From assembly GCF_009914755.1 (NCBI RefSeq), contig NC_060934.1: DNA of 64,000 nucleotides; one strand, given 5' to 3'. Source of the DNA: the human T2T-CHM13v2.0 reference genome, Homo sapiens. Below the pieces are notes generated by a model. It searched no databases and was not told where the DNA came from. It saw only the letters and a list, made by a program, of their open reading frames with translations. Below are positions 60,850-64,000 of this stretch, in pieces (position 1 is the first letter of the stretch; every line of letters starts with the position of its first letter). The translations under genes were made by a program, and so were the position numbers.

Positions 60850-63700
60850 TCTTTCTGGAGGTTATGGTATGCCATCGCAAACCTCTTTTAGGTACTTATA
60901 TCCCCAGCTTCTGAGAGTATTGGAAGCTAACAATGCTCAGCTGAATCCATCTCCAGGAATTGTCATCAGTCAGGAAGAGCTACTTTACTCTGGGTCACTC
61001 TTTTCCAATCCCATTCTAATGATTGGTCTATGCAATTGTACGAAGGTCTGGCTTTATTCCTCAGGGAATAATTCCATTCTAAGTCTATGGCACCCTGTCA
61101 GATTGACTGAGGTGATTCATCTTACTGCATCTCAGTTCGACTCCTCTCTGTGTCCAATTATGTTTCCTTCTTACAAGTGTTGGTCCAGCACAAAAATCTC
61201 CTCATAGAGTCTATTTCCTAGAGAAGCCAATATAAGAACATTGGTACTAGGAGTGCTCCAAGGTAGTAGACATTAAGTAAAGACTTTGGACATGGATCAG
61301 CCACCAGCAGGCTGGTGATGAGGACATTATTATTGCTGAGGCAGGAAACATACGGGTGGGTGCAATGTCTTAATTTTTTTGTGAAATATAGGTGAAATAT
61401 TAATGATAAAAACTAAGATAGTGAATGGTGTTGTTGGAGCAAACAATGGATCATAAATAGATAGTGAAAGGTTGAAGATAATTAATCACGTTTTAGGTAA
61501 AGTGTGAGCATCAGAGGAATTATATTTATGAAAAAGCTACAGAGTGTGGTCAATATGGTAGAATCCAAGATAAGATCTATGAAAATAGCTACTGCAGATG
61601 ATAAAACAGGAGATATTAATCCAACTAATCCAAGATTAGTTGGATTAATATCTCCTGCCCTCTGTCATAATATAGTCTGAATTGATATGGACAATCTGTA
61701 AAATAACACATTAGTCATTCTGTTAGTCAACTAACAGTGACATCTTCTTAACTGAGTACATAAGCAAGAATTGACACGTAAATTGGAGGTAAGATGTGGT
61801 AAACACTTTTGCTCCAGAACACAGGAGATGTAAATTTTTTCAATTCACGGCTTAACCACACAAGTGATTTTTTTGTTTGTTTTGGCGATCCAGGTATCTA
61901 GAGGATGTGGGGACATACTCTCTGAAGTAAAGGAGAAATGATTACATCTTACATGTCATACCACTAAAAAAGAAATGACACATCTGGTAGTCTTCTGGTT
62001 CTATAGGCAAGCAGCAGCATATTTCACACTTGTAAATAATACTGTACCACTTTTACCAAGAGACATAAAAGATTATCAGGTTTGAGTAGGACCCAAAATA
62101 GGAAAGGGCTTTGAGATCCAGATAATGATTCTAACAGCCCTGTCATTTGATCAGTATAACTCGACAGACATTAGAGATGTAAGTTTTGTTTTTAGAAAAT
62201 ATTATTTGTGAAGTTTATGGCAACCCTAGTATGAAAATCACAGTTTTGAACTTGTTGACTAATGGACCAGCTTTTGAAATATGCAACAAATAATTGTACA
62301 GTGTACAAAAATATCTCTGATATGCTACAGGCCTGACAGAGACAGAGAGTATGACCAAAGGACAGGAAGTGACCATGGGATCAGGACTGCCCCATCATAA
62401 GCCAGGTTCAGTCAGAGCCAACAAGTCAAAGGTAGAGCTGGCCCGACAGGAATCTGTTTTATGGTAGAAGTGGTATGTTTAAGATCAGAGGCAATCAGAA
62501 GAGGATGCAAATACACTGTATGAGTACATAGCCCCCATGTCATCCACTACTCTCACTCTGGAGCTTCTTCCTCAGCTCAAACCTATGTCTCCATTGGGTT
62601 TCCTTATAAGTAACAAATAAAGAAGGAAAAAGGTAAAGCTTGATTAATAGATGGGTTGCTAATCATAGGGTGCAAGCTGATAAAGGACGGCTGCTGCACT
62701 AAAGCTAAAATCAGAAGTAGTCTTGAACATCAATAGTTAGGAAAAAATCCTCCCAATAGACACCATTTCACCCACTTTGTGTAGAAAGAGCAGGCCAAGG
62801 TAAAAATATAGTCTGACTAATGGAAATGGTGAATAGCTTGGCTGTTTATTCCATGAACCTAGGAAAAATGGAATATTTAACATAGGAAGAGACAAGCTGA
62901 TTAACTTATAGATGTGAGCATAAAATGTGAGGATCTTTGAATCCTATGCTAGTGTTCCCTAAATAGAATTCACTATGGAAGAGGTACTAAATAATCAAAT
63001 AGACAAAATTACTAAGTCAATTGACATCCACTAGCATCTGCCATCAGCCTGTCTAGTTCTAGTATAATGAATGCATGCAATGAGTAAGAATAGAGTCAGG
63101 GACAAAGGCTAAACGTAGTCCCAAAAGTATAAGCTTTCATTTACCAAGGCTGATTTATGTAGATATGGTTGCATGTCTGTTCTGCCAGCCATAGACCAAT
63201 GCTGAACTCCTGACCTATAATTATACTTTGAAGGAATCAATACATTTTTGGGGGGCAGGTTGATAATATCAGGTCCATTCCACTTGAAAGATGAAGTGAT
63301 TCATGTGGATTACAATTGATTTCCATTATGGACATGAGTTTGCATTTATTGGCTGCAGAACTTTGGTGAGAACTTCTCTATCCAAGACCTACAGAGTGTT
63401 TTGTTTTACTGACATAGGATCCTGTATAATATTATATTGAAACAAGGAATACACTACATAAAACACAAGATGAAGCTCTGGATATATAATGGAATCCACT
63501 GAATAAGTAACTAGTAAAGAACATTAATACTTGCCAACCTTCCCCAAAGTGTGAGAAGTTGGAGCTTAGCACCAGAGTATATTTACTGGGCTTCAGGGCT
63601 TTTTCCAATGCTGGATGTGATCAAAATGAGGGATTTCTGTTGTGCTTGAGTATCTGCAATAATCATGGGTAATACTATGACTTCAGGACTGCAATACTGT
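60850..63700 (+). mobile_element. ERVL-class provirus remnant: LTR ~60850-61240, PBS-like site, gag start, then degenerate pol
   Basis: LTR end followed by ttggtactaggagtg; tctcctgccctctgtcataatatagtc (SPALCHNIV of ERVL RT); downstream thumb/RNase H/integrase-like degenerate sequence; no open frame. Confidence 0.7.
61607..61657. repeat. Perfect inverted repeat, 24-bp arms, 3-nt loop
   Basis: caggagatattaatccaactaatc-caa-gattagttggattaatatctcctg. Confidence 0.97.
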
Positions 63701-64000
63701 GAACAATATTAGTCTAAGGTAAATGACATGGAGAGATACCTTTCTATTCCTTTCTCTTTTAACCCCTGAATAACATTATTGACTATTGTTGCCATCTACT
63801 CAGCTATGATCAGAGACTACTTTAAATTGTTCAATATTCCTTTGCAAAATAAATTCCACCTAGCAGCAACAGCAATTTTCCAGTTCTCCTTCTGCATGGG
63901 TGGCCCTGAGTGGAACACTTAATTTGCACCATGGTTTGGTATGTTTAGACAAGTGAACTGGAGAAAAGTGGGAGGGGTCACTCTGGTGACGTCTGGAAAG

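Overview
AT-rich, CpG-depleted primate (human-like) intergenic or deep-intronic DNA. I can support no protein-coding gene, structural RNA gene or CRISPR array. Every long ORF maps to LINE-1 ORF2 remnants or THE1 (MaLR) internal sequence. The window is a layered transposon record: six primate L1PA insertions, two full-length THE1 proviruses in opposite orientation (one carrying a nested MLT2A LTR), an old MLT1 provirus hosting nested insertions, an ERVL LTR plus internal remnant at the right end, and Alus, MER4/MER31-group LTRs, Tigger3, MER20, MIR, L2 and simple repeats. I found no new multi-gene biological system. The most notable signals are mechanistic. (i) Four of six L1PA copies are 5'-inverted (twin-primed), including a 294-bp one with a perfect 15-bp TSD whose inversion lies only ~200 nt from the tail. 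(ii) Several perfect fold-back palindromes sit inside old, diverged repeats; the best has 24-bp arms and a 3-nt loop at an ERVL deletion junction (61607-61657). (iii) An unexplained 26-bp direct repeat brackets 358 bp. (iv) There are candidate non-coding exons, one with a distant-branch-point layout. Repeat subfamily names are recalled from consensus sequences, not searched, and boundaries of old elements are approximate.
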